A stretch of 64,000 nucleotides of DNA from Acutalibacteraceae bacterium (GCA_045577615.1 JAZNIT010000064.1:1694-65693), one strand, 5' to 3'. Positions 18,799 to 27,380 are shown, counted from the first letter of the stretch. The notes: a model not told the origin generated them from the sequence alone. Program-made: numbers and translations.

Positions 18799-19532
18799 TA
18801 CATTTTCCTCATAACAAATATTTTTCTTTCACAATCATCAGTAGGCTTTTTACGGCTTAAATCTGCAAACACAGCTTCTGTCTTTAAACCGGCTTTCTTG
18901 CCAAAATCAATCAATTGTTCATCGGTATAGAAGCGCTCAGAAAATTCTTCGCTGCTTCTAATATACCTGTCCCCTTCTTTATAAAAGAAATCAAGGGATA
19001 TATCAGTATACGGATCATCAAAGTTATTTTGCCAAACGCAATAAACCTCGTCATCGTCTATAACAAAGTTATTGTCAGCCAAAACACACTTGTGTTTATA
19101 TTCAGTATTTACATCAAAAATGAACAAACAATCTTTTTCTAAAAACAAACCGACCTTATTAAAGGCCTCTTGCAGTTCATCCTCGTCAATAATATGGTTA
19201 ATGCTATCAAGGGTACAAACAGCACCCTGAACGGTACCATACAAATCCAATTCTTGAGCAGATTGGCACAGGCAGAGCAAACTTACACCCATATGCTTTG
19301 CTTTATTAGAAGCAATGTTGAGCATATTCTCGGATGCATCGACTGCAATAACATCACAACCGCCCTTTGCTAATTCCAAAGACAAAGAACCGGTACCGCA
19401 GCACACATCAAGCAATATTTCAGGCTTTTTGTCATACTCACAAAAAAGCCCGAGCAGATAGTCTGCGCGGGCGGAGTAATCACAGTCAGACATAAGGCGG
19501 TCATAAAAAGCCGCAAATACATCATATGACAT
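18798..19532 (-). CDS. Class I SAM-dependent methyltransferase
   Basis: Motif I LDVCCGTGSLS. Substrate unknown. Confidence 0.8.
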   Translation of the reverse strand: MSYDVFAAFYDRLMSDCDYSARADYLLGLFCEYDKKPEILLDVCCGTGSLSLELAKGGCDVIAVDASENMLNIASNKAKHMGVSLLCLCQSAQELDLYGTVQGAVCTLDSINHIIDEDELQEAFNKVGLFLEKDCLFIFDVNTEYKHKCVLADNNFVIDDDEVYCVWQNNFDDPYTDISLDFFYKEGDRYIRSSEEFSERFYTDEQLIDFGKKAGLKTEAVFADLSRKKPTDDCERKIFVMRKM

Positions 19533-19534
19533 AA

Positions 19535-19837
19535 TTACTTGTCTTCCCCTTTGATTCTTGAGAAAACTACAGAATAACCATCAGCGCCATCGTTGATAGA
19601 ACGATTAACGCGGCTAATAGTAGCAGTGCTTGCACCTGTCTTTTCTACAATTTCACTGTAAACCTTACCTTCGGTAAGCATTTTTGCAACAACATAGCGT
19701 TGTGCCATTGATTTGATTTCTCGAATTGTGCAAAGGTCCTTCAAAAAATTATAGCATTCATCTGCAGTTTCGAGGGTAATCATACCTTCGAGCATACTAT
19801 TAACAAACTCATCTCGTTTGATTGCCACACTCAACAC
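19535..19837 (-). CDS. yerC: YerC/YecD family TrpR-like protein
   Basis: EKTGASTATISRVNR helix-turn-helix, close to Bacillus YerC. The true start is probably the GTG at 19828, 8 nt after GAGGAG. Confidence 0.85.
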   Translation of the reverse strand: MLSVAIKRDEFVNSMLEGMITLETADECYNFLKDLCTIREIKSMAQRYVVAKMLTEGKVYSEIVEKTGASTATISRVNRSINDGADGYSVVFSRIKGEDK

Positions 19838-19858
19838 TCCTCAATAAAAGTCTTTAAC

Positions 19859-19887
19859 ATTTTAACACATTAAATTCTAAAAGTCAA
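19859..19887 (-). promoter_or_regulatory. Putative promoter of the yerC-like gene
   Basis: TTGACT, 17 nt, TAAAAT on the minus strand. The -35 element lies 4 bp from the IS-flanking repeat. Confidence 0.5.
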
Positions 19888-19891
19888 TATA

Positions 19892-19916
19892 GGCAATCGT
19901 TATGAATTAAACAATA
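19892..19916. repeat. Left copy of the 25-bp direct repeat flanking the IS
   Basis: GGCAATCGTTATGAATTAAACAATA, identical to 21001-21025. Confidence 0.9.
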
Positions 19917-19942
19917 TGTAGGTTTACAATAGATGTGTTACA
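19917..19942. repeat. IS left terminal inverted repeat
   Basis: TGTAGGTTTACAATAGATGTGTTACA. The motif TGTGTTACAGTT recurs at about 19978. Confidence 0.85.
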
Positions 19943-20032
19943 GTTGGGAATAAAAAATAAGTGACGAATGGAAAATCCTGTGTTACAGTTAAGTTGCTGA
20001 GACAAAACAGACAGGAGGATTAACCATTCGTC

Positions 20033-20971
20033 ATGAAAACTGTAACACAAACAATGCTGTATCGTCAAGCAATAATTAAATATTCTTTAAAATATGGAGT
20101 AACAAAAGCAGCAATTAGATACAAAACCAACCGCCAATACATCTACCGTTGGCGAAATAGATACGACGGAACCTTGCAATCATTAGCAGATAAGTCACAC
20201 AGACCACATCATCATCCTAACGAGCATACACCTGAAGAATTAAAACTAATAGCAGATATGCGGAAACGCAATATGAATGCTGGATTAGTAGTGTTTTGGG
20301 TAAAACTCCGTCAAAGAGGATATACACGCTCCGTAACGGGATTATACCGCCTTTTACGCAGGCAGGGACAAATGGCGGTAAAACCACCTAATCCGAAATA
20401 TATACCTAAACCATACGAGCAGATGCAATATCCGGGACAAAGAGTGCAAATAGATGTGAAATTTGTGCCCGAATCTTGTATAGTGGGCGAAGCAAAAGGA
20501 CAAAAGTTTTACCAATACACCGCTATTGATGAGTACTCAAGATTTCGCTATTTAGAGGCATTTGAGGAGCATAGTTCATATTCATCAGCACAGTTTTTAA
20601 AGCATTTAATAGAGAAATTTCCGTTTAGGATAGAGTGTGTTCAAACAGACAATGGTATGGAATTTACAAAGCAATTAGGCAACACCCAAAAGCCGACGCC
20701 CACACTGTTCGAGCGTACGCTCGAACAGTGTGGCATAAGACATAAGCTTATTGCTCCGTACACACCCAGACACAACGGAAAGGTTGAGCGTTCTCATCGT
20801 AAAGATAACGAATATTTTTATGCGACACATTCTTTTTATTCATTCGAAGATTTTAAAAAGCAACTTTCTGTTCACAACAGAAGATACAATAATTTTCCTA
20901 TGCGTCCTCTTAATTGGAAATCTCCTGCCGATTACATCAAGGCTTTTATCTCTAACGGCGAAGTTTTCTAA
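20033..20971 (+). CDS. IS481-family DDE transposase (HTH plus integrase core)
   Basis: 312 aa with QIDVKF, QTDNGMEF and HNGKVERSHR blocks (D, D, E). Confidence 0.88.
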   Translation: MKTVTQTMLYRQAIIKYSLKYGVTKAAIRYKTNRQYIYRWRNRYDGTLQSLADKSHRPHHHPNEHTPEELKLIADMRKRNMNAGLVVFWVKLRQRGYTRSVTGLYRLLRRQGQMAVKPPNPKYIPKPYEQMQYPGQRVQIDVKFVPESCIVGEAKGQKFYQYTAIDEYSRFRYLEAFEEHSSYSSAQFLKHLIEKFPFRIECVQTDNGMEFTKQLGNTQKPTPTLFERTLEQCGIRHKLIAPYTPRHNGKVERSHRKDNEYFYATHSFYSFEDFKKQLSVHNRRYNNFPMRPLNWKSPADYIKAFISNGEVF

Positions 20972-20974
20972 TTT

Positions 20975-21000
20975 TGTAACACATCATTGACAAACCTACA
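20975..21000. repeat. IS right terminal inverted repeat
   Basis: The reverse complement TGTAGGTTTGTCAATGATGTGTTACA matches the left repeat at 21 of 26 positions ungapped. Confidence 0.85.
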
Positions 21001-21025
21001 GGCAATCGTTATGAATTAAACAATA
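21001..21025. repeat. Right copy of the 25-bp direct repeat flanking the IS
   Basis: GGCAATCGTTATGAATTAAACAATA, identical to 19892-19916. Confidence 0.9.
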
Positions 21026-21285
21026 AAATCAGGAAAAAATAATCCCAAGGAGTGATAAATATAAATAGTAAAATAATATGGTACAGTTTACGGCTTCCAC
21101 TCAAATTATCGGCCATTAAACGATCGTTATTTAAAACCGTTATTCTTTATTTAGGTACAGTTTCTATTATACTTGCTGCACTTTTAACACTTAAACGATT
21201 ATTACTAATAACTGTTAACAAATTATAAAGACAAAATGCACAACTCTGTTTAATTTATTTTGTTACTAAAATATGCAACCAGGTC

Positions 21286-21314
21286 TTGACATTGCAACTC
21301 GAAAATTGTAAACT
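21286..21314 (+). promoter_or_regulatory. Putative promoter of the membrane protein gene
   Basis: TTGACA, 17 nt, TAAACT. Confidence 0.45.
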
Positions 21315-21371
21315 ATTGTTAGGTATATATGTAACATTATACTAATACATTTTTTGCGAGGTATCTTTCCA

Positions 21372-22190
21372 ATGAACATTTTCCAATGTGAAGAAAACAT
21401 AGCTGTTGCCGCAATCGTTGGCGCGCTGACCGCTATCATTCCTATCGCCCTGATAGTAATCACCAAATTTTTAAAAATTAAATCCACTAACTTATTGTAT
21501 ATAGCTACCGCTGCTTCATTGCTTTGCACAGTAGTTGCTACCCTGTTCAGCTACCACATCATCGTCGTTGTCGGTTATATAGTATCTCTGCTCTGCTCAG
21601 GATATATGATTGTCAACACCTGCAGCCAGGTACATACAAATACAATCTACAAACTTGGCCCCGTGCATCTTTTTGCAAAGGTTATCATACCGCTTACAAT
21701 CTTCTTCCAATTCTTCCGCCCCATATTTGTATATTGCAAGAACGAGGCTCAACTCCCCTACTACAAAAATCTTGCAGGTCTCGGTCTTAAATGCTACAAC
21801 GCACAACCTCGCAAATGGGGCGGTCCCCTCATCAACGCAGAAGGTATCGCTGCTTATGATGTAAATTGGGAAGGCGCTAACATTATGACCGTTATCACGC
21901 TTTTGCTTTTCTTAGTAGTTTTGGTTATGCAAGCACTTTTGATCTGGCGTCAATTCAAAGACCCCGATAACGCTCGCGATTGGGCTGATATCGGTCTTAT
22001 TGTAACCTGCATCGGTACCATTTTTGTATATGGTATGTTCACTTCAAACAACCTTGGAATTGCAGATATAAAGTACGTTGACAATATGACCCTTACCATT
22101 CCCATCATCGTAATTCTCGGTGCTCTTAACAGAGTTCTCTATTTTGAAAAAGTTGAAAAGTTCTTGGATAAGTTTTTCGCTAACAAATAA
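21372..22190 (+). CDS. Hypothetical polytopic membrane protein
   Basis: Multiple hydrophobic helices and no recognisable motif. I prefer the ATG at 21372 over the TTG at 21354. Confidence 0.6.
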   Translation: MNIFQCEENIAVAAIVGALTAIIPIALIVITKFLKIKSTNLLYIATAASLLCTVVATLFSYHIIVVVGYIVSLLCSGYMIVNTCSQVHTNTIYKLGPVHLFAKVIIPLTIFFQFFRPIFVYCKNEAQLPYYKNLAGLGLKCYNAQPRKWGGPLINAEGIAAYDVNWEGANIMTVITLLLFLVVLVMQALLIWRQFKDPDNARDWADIGLIVTCIGTIFVYGMFTSNNLGIADIKYVDNMTLTIPIIVILGALNRVLYFEKVEKFLDKFFANK

Positions 22191-22204
22191 TATAGTATAA
22201 AATT

Positions 22205-22230
22205 AAATCCCCCTCAATTGAGGGGGATTT
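22205..22230. terminator. Bidirectional rho-independent terminator
   Basis: AAATCCCCCTC/GAGGGGGATTT stem flanked by A/T runs, between convergent genes. Confidence 0.75.
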
Positions 22231-22234
22231 AATT

Positions 22235-22762
22235 TTATACAAACAAGCTGTTACCTAAGCTATCAATGGCCACCGTTAAAGGAAATTCGTCAAACTCTAA
22301 TCTTTTGATTGATTCGCATCCCAAATCGTCAAAAGCAATAACATCGCAGTTTTTTATGCACTTGGCCGCTAAAGCTCCGGCACCGCCGATTGCGCACAAA
22401 TACACAGCATTATTTTTAATGATAGCGTCATATACATACTTACTTCTATCACCTTTACCAATAGACGCTACCATACCTAAATCATAAAGCTTTGGCGCAA
22501 ACCGATCCATCCTTGAGGATGTTGTAGGTCCGCAACTGCCAATAGAATGCTCAGGAGATGTTGGCGAAGGCCCGGCATAATATATTGAAGAATCTTTAAT
22601 ATCAAAGGGCAACTCTTCACCACTGCTAAGCAGTTCGAATATTCTTTTATGCGCCGCATCACGAGCGGTGTACACTACTCCCGATAGCAAAACCCTGTCT
22701 CCTGCTCTAAGATATTTACAAGCATCTCTGAGTTGCGTAGTTTTAACGTTATATTCGTGCAT
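22235..22762 (-). CDS. Fe-S hydro-lyase beta subunit (class I fumarate hydratase / tartrate dehydratase C-terminal domain)
   Basis: 175 aa with GPTTSSRMD and GKG motifs. No alpha subunit is adjacent. Confidence 0.8.
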   Translation of the reverse strand: MHEYNVKTTQLRDACKYLRAGDRVLLSGVVYTARDAAHKRIFELLSSGEELPFDIKDSSIYYAGPSPTSPEHSIGSCGPTTSSRMDRFAPKLYDLGMVASIGKGDRSKYVYDAIIKNNAVYLCAIGGAGALAAKCIKNCDVIAFDDLGCESIKRLEFDEFPLTVAIDSLGNSLFV

Positions 22763-22778
22763 ACAAACTCCTTGCTTA

Positions 22779-23246
22779 CTAATTTATAAAAACAAGCACT
22801 AAAACTATAACCAAATATATAAGTGCAGAAATCAACGATACTCCGCCTTGTTTTCTTGCTCTAACACCATATACAACCTGTTGACGGTACAAGCAATCAG
22901 CTATAGAGGTAAAGCCAATTCTTATCAAAACAAGCGAAATATAATACCAGATATTATAAGTTGTTTCCATTAAAGATTGTAGTTCATAATATCTAAACAA
23001 CTGAAAGTTATAGTCGCTCAGCAAAACAGACGCATCAACATTATTCAAATCCTTAGTGCCAAAAGCTTCATAAAGAACTAACGCATATTCGTTAATTTCG
23101 TTTCTAATATTAAACGTACATAGATAAACGATTCCAAACACAGCAGCACAAAATATAATTTCAAACAATTGATAAAGTGCAAACTGTTTATACATTTTTC
23201 TATAAAGAAGCCAATATCCCGGAATAAATAATGCAGGTAAGTTCAA
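22779..23246 (-). CDS. DUF2628-like membrane domain (probably the C-terminal part of a split gene)
   Basis: WLLYRKMY motif and a TTG start. The reading frame stays open upstream to 23303 and overlaps the end of the zinc-ribbon ORF. Confidence 0.55.
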   Translation of the reverse strand: MNLPALFIPGYWLLYRKMYKQFALYQLFEIIFCAAVFGIVYLCTFNIRNEINEYALVLYEAFGTKDLNNVDASVLLSDYNFQLFRYYELQSLMETTYNIWYYISLVLIRIGFTSIADCLYRQQVVYGVRARKQGGVSLISALIYLVIVLVLVFIN

Positions 23247-23287
23247 AGAAAAAAATAACTTTTTATCTCTATTCTTTTCAAAAACAG

Positions 23288-23494
23288 TTAAAAGCGGTCC
23301 GTTCTAACCTGCATAAATTCTTTTGCGTCTTTATATGTAACACCATCAGCAATAACTTCGTCAGTTTCAAAAACAACAGAACTATCGTCTGAGGGCTTAG
23401 AAAAGCTTTCTCCGCAACTTTGGCAATAAAGGGCATCCTTGCGGCACAACACTCCGCAATTCTCACAGTGAAAATATAATTTCTTATCGTCCAT
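23288..23494 (-). CDS. Zinc-ribbon domain protein (probably the N-terminal part of a split gene)
   Basis: CENCG...CQSCG zinc ribbon. Ends in a T4 run, and one extra T would fuse it to the DUF2628 ORF. Confidence 0.55.
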   Translation of the reverse strand: MDDKKLYFHCENCGVLCRKDALYCQSCGESFSKPSDDSSVVFETDEVIADGVTYKDAKEFMQVRTDRF

Positions 23495-23556
23495 ATTAAT
23501 TCACCTCAACAAAATTATACATCATATAAAAATTAGTGTCAAGGCAACAGAATATA

Positions 23557-23592
23557 TAAAAAAAGAAAACCGCAGTTAGCGGTTTTCTTTTT
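23557..23592 (-). terminator. Rho-independent terminator after tRNA-Ala
   Basis: GAAAACCGC/GCGGTTTTC stem flanked by T-runs. Confidence 0.7.
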
Positions 23593-23668
<76 letters not shown>

Positions 23669-23682
23669 GTAAGAACAAGAGT

Positions 23683-23711
23683 ATATTATCACATTGAAGA
23701 AAATAAGTCAA
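23683..23711 (-). promoter_or_regulatory. Promoter of tRNA-Ala
   Basis: TTGACT, 17 nt, TAATAT on the minus strand. Confidence 0.55.
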
Positions 23712-23751
23712 GATGTTTTTTTATATTCTTCAAAACTTTTTACTGTAGCAT

Positions 23752-23778
23752 AAAAGCCGAACATTAAGTTCGGCTTTT
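23752..23778. terminator. Rho-independent terminator after the dockerin protein gene
   Basis: AAAAGCCGAAC/GTTCGGCTTTT stem. Confidence 0.7.
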
Positions 23779-23781
23779 ATA

Positions 23782-25275
23782 TCAGTTATTATACACTACG
23801 CTAGGTGTTTTTACACCAATAATAGTTTGTTGAACTGTCAGCAAATCGGCAGAGCTAAATAAGCCATCGCAATCAGCATCAACAAACAGCGCATCGTCAG
23901 TCAACCCCATCAAACTGAGAGTACACATAAGTATATCTGCTGAATTCATCTGACCGTCGCCATTCACATCAGACGAATAGTGAATTAAGTTTGAATTAAG
24001 ACTATAATGAACAGCATTTGTAAAATCGGACGGCGAAGCAGACACAATGTAATCAAGAACCCCATCGTCATTATGTATATAATATACGTAACCATAGGAT
24101 ACATCAAAATCAGTCAAATAAAACGCCTTATTAAGCACGGTATCGTAGCAATAAAGCTTATCTTGGCTATGATATAGCATCCAATTGCCAAGCCAGGTAG
24201 CGGTAGTCATACTGTTTGTGTAAACGTACTGTGGGTCATCCCATACGTTCCACACATCATTTTGAGTATGCACCACACGTCTTCCCTCTTTTGAAATTTC
24301 TACAATTTCAATTCCGTCAGCAGTGTTTCTGGTATAATACCATTTATTATTGTGAGGGGTAAGTTGGGTGTTAGTTTCTGTCCACGCCCAATCGTCAAAC
24401 AGCGTGCTTGTGCACTTATCAGATTTGTTATCGATTCTGACCCAATCGTAATGACCGAGTCGGCTGCTCATAGCTTCGTCACTATGAAGCATATACTCGT
24501 GATATGCATATCCGTTGGGAACACCTGTTGGATCATCCCAGGTGACGTCAATATGATACCATTCACCATCAAGTTCAACGAGATTCCACTGATGGTTCAT
24601 AGCTACGCTAACCACAGAGGTGGTGCTGATTTCAAGTCTGTCCATAATGGCAGTAAAAAGCAAAGCATAGGCCTGGCAAACTCCGCGCTTTTCAAGCAAC
24701 ATAGAATAGGCATCACGAATAGCATAATCAATGCCAAAAGACAGACCATAAGAATCATATTCATAATGTGTTGCAAGATAATCGTTAACAGCAACCACTG
24801 CTTCAACATCGCTCAAAAAGTTAAAATGTTCCACAACAGTGTCCAATCGAGCGTTGTAGTCAGCTATCGCAGCATCCAGATCACTAGAGGTATACTTATA
24901 CTGCGGTACGATGTAAACCACTATACCATTTGAGTAGGCACCGTAACCAAATTGATCACTAATATAAAACAAATCGGGATTGTTGTTAACAACCGCAGAG
25001 AACACCCACAAAACATCTTCTTCATAAAGATTATACTTTTCAACATCTATCTTATCATTGCATGAAATCAAATCCTGATAGATAGATGAATACAATGCAT
25101 CGGGATATTTTTGAGTTATAAAGGCAATAGCATCGCTTTGCTCAGATTCGCTGCTGTTAAACTTATTTATTATGCCGGTATGCTCTTCTATAGTCAAAGC
25201 ATTAACTGGCGTTACAAACGTCATAGATACAAGCAGGCATACACAAACAACCAATGGGAACAACTTGAATTTCAT
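23782..25275 (-). CDS. Secreted transglutaminase-like protein with a C-terminal type I dockerin
   Basis: Signal peptide. Cys/His/Asp core (RGVCQAYALLF ... HQWNLVELDGEWYHIDVTWDD). Two dockerin Ca-binding repeats (DVNGDGQMNSAD, DADCDGLFSSAD). Confidence 0.8.
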   Translation of the reverse strand: MKFKLFPLVVCVCLLVSMTFVTPVNALTIEEHTGIINKFNSSESEQSDAIAFITQKYPDALYSSIYQDLISCNDKIDVEKYNLYEEDVLWVFSAVVNNNPDLFYISDQFGYGAYSNGIVVYIVPQYKYTSSDLDAAIADYNARLDTVVEHFNFLSDVEAVVAVNDYLATHYEYDSYGLSFGIDYAIRDAYSMLLEKRGVCQAYALLFTAIMDRLEISTTSVVSVAMNHQWNLVELDGEWYHIDVTWDDPTGVPNGYAYHEYMLHSDEAMSSRLGHYDWVRIDNKSDKCTSTLFDDWAWTETNTQLTPHNNKWYYTRNTADGIEIVEISKEGRRVVHTQNDVWNVWDDPQYVYTNSMTTATWLGNWMLYHSQDKLYCYDTVLNKAFYLTDFDVSYGYVYYIHNDDGVLDYIVSASPSDFTNAVHYSLNSNLIHYSSDVNGDGQMNSADILMCTLSLMGLTDDALFVDADCDGLFSSADLLTVQQTIIGVKTPSVVYNN

Positions 25276-25381
25276 ATCTACACCTCCATAGTTAAATTAT
25301 ACCACATAACAAATGAAATGCAACAAATTTTTTGGCACTTGGCAATATACAGCATATAATGTCACGAAAGGGGGTGCTACA

Positions 25382-25684
25382 ATGAATGACACAATACACA
25401 TCGTCAAGGATGGCGATACGCTATATTCTTTGGCTAGAATGTATCAAGTGCCTGTAGATGCAATTGCCAAGTCAAACGGCATCAAAAATGCGGATAACAT
25501 TCAAATTGGTCAAAGACTAATCATTCCACAATTATCCAGGCCTAATTGGTATGTAGTACGATATGGTGACACTCTCTATACCATTGCACGTAGATTTTTC
25601 ACAACAGTAGACAATATTCTCAAGCTAAACGATTTAGCCGATCCCGATGCAATATTCCCCGGAGAAATCATAAGAATACGATGA
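25382..25684 (+). CDS. Tandem LysM domain protein
   Basis: Two LysM repeats (VKDGDTLYSLA..., VRYGDTLYTIA...). The ATG at 25382 follows AAGGGGG. Confidence 0.85.
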   Translation: MNDTIHIVKDGDTLYSLARMYQVPVDAIAKSNGIKNADNIQIGQRLIIPQLSRPNWYVVRYGDTLYTIARRFFTTVDNILKLNDLADPDAIFPGEIIRIR

Positions 25685-25686
25685 TA

Positions 25687-25717
25687 AAAGGCATCTGCAT
25701 TTATGCAGATGCCTTTT
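25687..25717. terminator. Bidirectional rho-independent terminator
   Basis: AAAGGCATCTGCA/TGCAGATGCCTTT stem between convergent genes. Confidence 0.75.
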
Positions 25718-25718
25718 G

Positions 25719-27380
25719 TTACTTTTTATTGATATGCGCTATCATTTGAGCCGGAGATACAAATGACGCCTTGTCTGGATATTGACAAAGGAAGAGTGCA
25801 ACAATTTCGTTAACCGAATAATATCCATCAGGCTCGCCAACACCATAATACCCATTGTAAACATCGTATATTGGTATTTTATCAAAATATTGCGCCCCGC
25901 TAACGGAATAGATAAAATACAACGCTGAGTTCTCATCAGGTGTCAAAGTCTGCAAGGACGACTCGAGCTCCAATATAGCAGACAATTTGGTTGCAAATAC
26001 AATAGCAGTGTTGCTTTTAGCAGGATACATTCCGCTTAACGATTCTGTTGTATAAAGAATAACGCCTTTTGAGGATACTAAATCAGCATAATTTGGAACC
26101 ACATCTCCGCTCTTGAATGAATCGGTAACAGCAAGACTCATTCCGCAGCGCTTAATAAAGCTGTTATTTATTTGAACCCATTGCAAATAAAGCTTTTCAT
26201 CAAGCAGATCCTGATCAACCGACATCCAATTGCCATCGGGAATAATAGAATCACCTGTTTGCTTTGTGTTAATTGAGTACCAAAGCAGTGTCGCAGGAGC
26301 AAGCTTACTCAAGAATAAAGGATACTCGATAGCTACACAAAAATCATCACGCTTGGTTTTGCACACAGTGTAATTCTCATTAAATGCATTGCCTGCGCAA
26401 AGCGAATCTATAACAAGAGATATATATAAATTTCCTTTCTTACCTACTGCATTATGCACCTTTTCTTCTTCGAAATTGTAATCAACTCCAATAGATGACA
26501 AAGTAGTAGCGTTAGAAAAGCCTGCAACCGCAATGTTTCCAAATCCGCACTTACTATACAGTTTTAACGCTTCATTGTTAACAGAATAATCGGTATAGAC
26601 AACTCCAAGCTTGTCGCAATTGGCATTTGCTAAACAATTATAAACAAAGACCTTGGACCATTCATCTTCAACCGGGGGTAGAATATATGCAGAGCTAGCA
26701 TAGGCATAATCAATAAAGGAACTTGTTTCATCCAAAGATACCCAAACAGATTTCTCTGTAACATCCAACATTGAATATAGTGTTTCATATGCACTTTGGC
26801 TATCATTAAACACACCTTGAAAACTGATGACCTCGCGATTTTCAAGCAAGCCAAAGTTTAGTGCAACCGAATAATCGGCGCAAAGAGCATTGGTTCGCCT
26901 AATCGAGTCATTCCACGCGGCACAAAATTCCGAATACTCGGAGGAGTAAATAACCACGCATTCAATAAGATCGCAATACAAAGCAACCATCTGCTCTGCA
27001 GTAATAGTAGTTGAATATGCACCTAATTCGTTGCACACATAGTCAAGCCACACCTTGTCCGATTCGCTTGAAATAAGGTACACCGAAGCTGTTTGCGTCT
27101 TGGCAACAAGGCCCTGCAGTTGGCGCAAAAACACAATCGTATTGGTGTCGAAGTTGGTTATATCAACTGCATATATCTGACGAGCGGGTGTATATGTTGG
27201 AAAAAGTTCGTCTATCACAAGCTTTGCATCAAACTTTTCAATCTGTGAGTTATTATCGCCATTAGAATTGTTTACGTCTGAATCAACATCAGAATTTGAA
27301 CCACCTGTTTGACTGCAAGCGCACAATAACAACATAGTAACCACAAGACATAAAGTCAGCACGCGTTTAAACATATACAC
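25719..27380 (-). CDS. Hypothetical lipoprotein (553 aa)
   Basis: Lipobox LLCAC followed by an S/N/D-rich linker. The LRQLQGLVAK...VYLI region is reminiscent of GxGYxYP-family putative glycoside hydrolases, which I have not verified. Confidence 0.65.
   Translation of the reverse strand: MYMFKRVLTLCLVVTMLLLCACSQTGGSNSDVDSDVNNSNGDNNSQIEKFDAKLVIDELFPTYTPARQIYAVDITNFDTNTIVFLRQLQGLVAKTQTASVYLISSESDKVWLDYVCNELGAYSTTITAEQMVALYCDLIECVVIYSSEYSEFCAAWNDSIRRTNALCADYSVALNFGLLENREVISFQGVFNDSQSAYETLYSMLDVTEKSVWVSLDETSSFIDYAYASSAYILPPVEDEWSKVFVYNCLANANCDKLGVVYTDYSVNNEALKLYSKCGFGNIAVAGFSNATTLSSIGVDYNFEEEKVHNAVGKKGNLYISLVIDSLCAGNAFNENYTVCKTKRDDFCVAIEYPLFLSKLAPATLLWYSINTKQTGDSIIPDGNWMSVDQDLLDEKLYLQWVQINNSFIKRCGMSLAVTDSFKSGDVVPNYADLVSSKGVILYTTESLSGMYPAKSNTAIVFATKLSAILELESSLQTLTPDENSALYFIYSVSGAQYFDKIPIYDVYNGYYGVGEPDGYYSVNEIVALFLCQYPDKASFVSPAQMIAHINKK

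Larger units (their letters stand above)
19917..21000 (+). mobile_element. IS481-family-like insertion sequence (1084 bp, apparently intact)
   Basis: Single DDE/rve transposase ORF bounded by 26-bp imperfect inverted repeats that begin TGTAGG. Confidence 0.85.

Noticed and set aside
21052-21228. 58-codon open frame encoding a hydrophobic peptide (INSKIIWYSLRL...TVILYLGTVSIILAALLTLKRLL) between the IS and the membrane protein gene
   Set aside because: There is no ATG. The only in-frame start is a GTG directly abutting AAGGA, which leaves no spacer. It is unusual for an AT-rich spacer but insufficient to call a gene. It would be worth a tblastn search.
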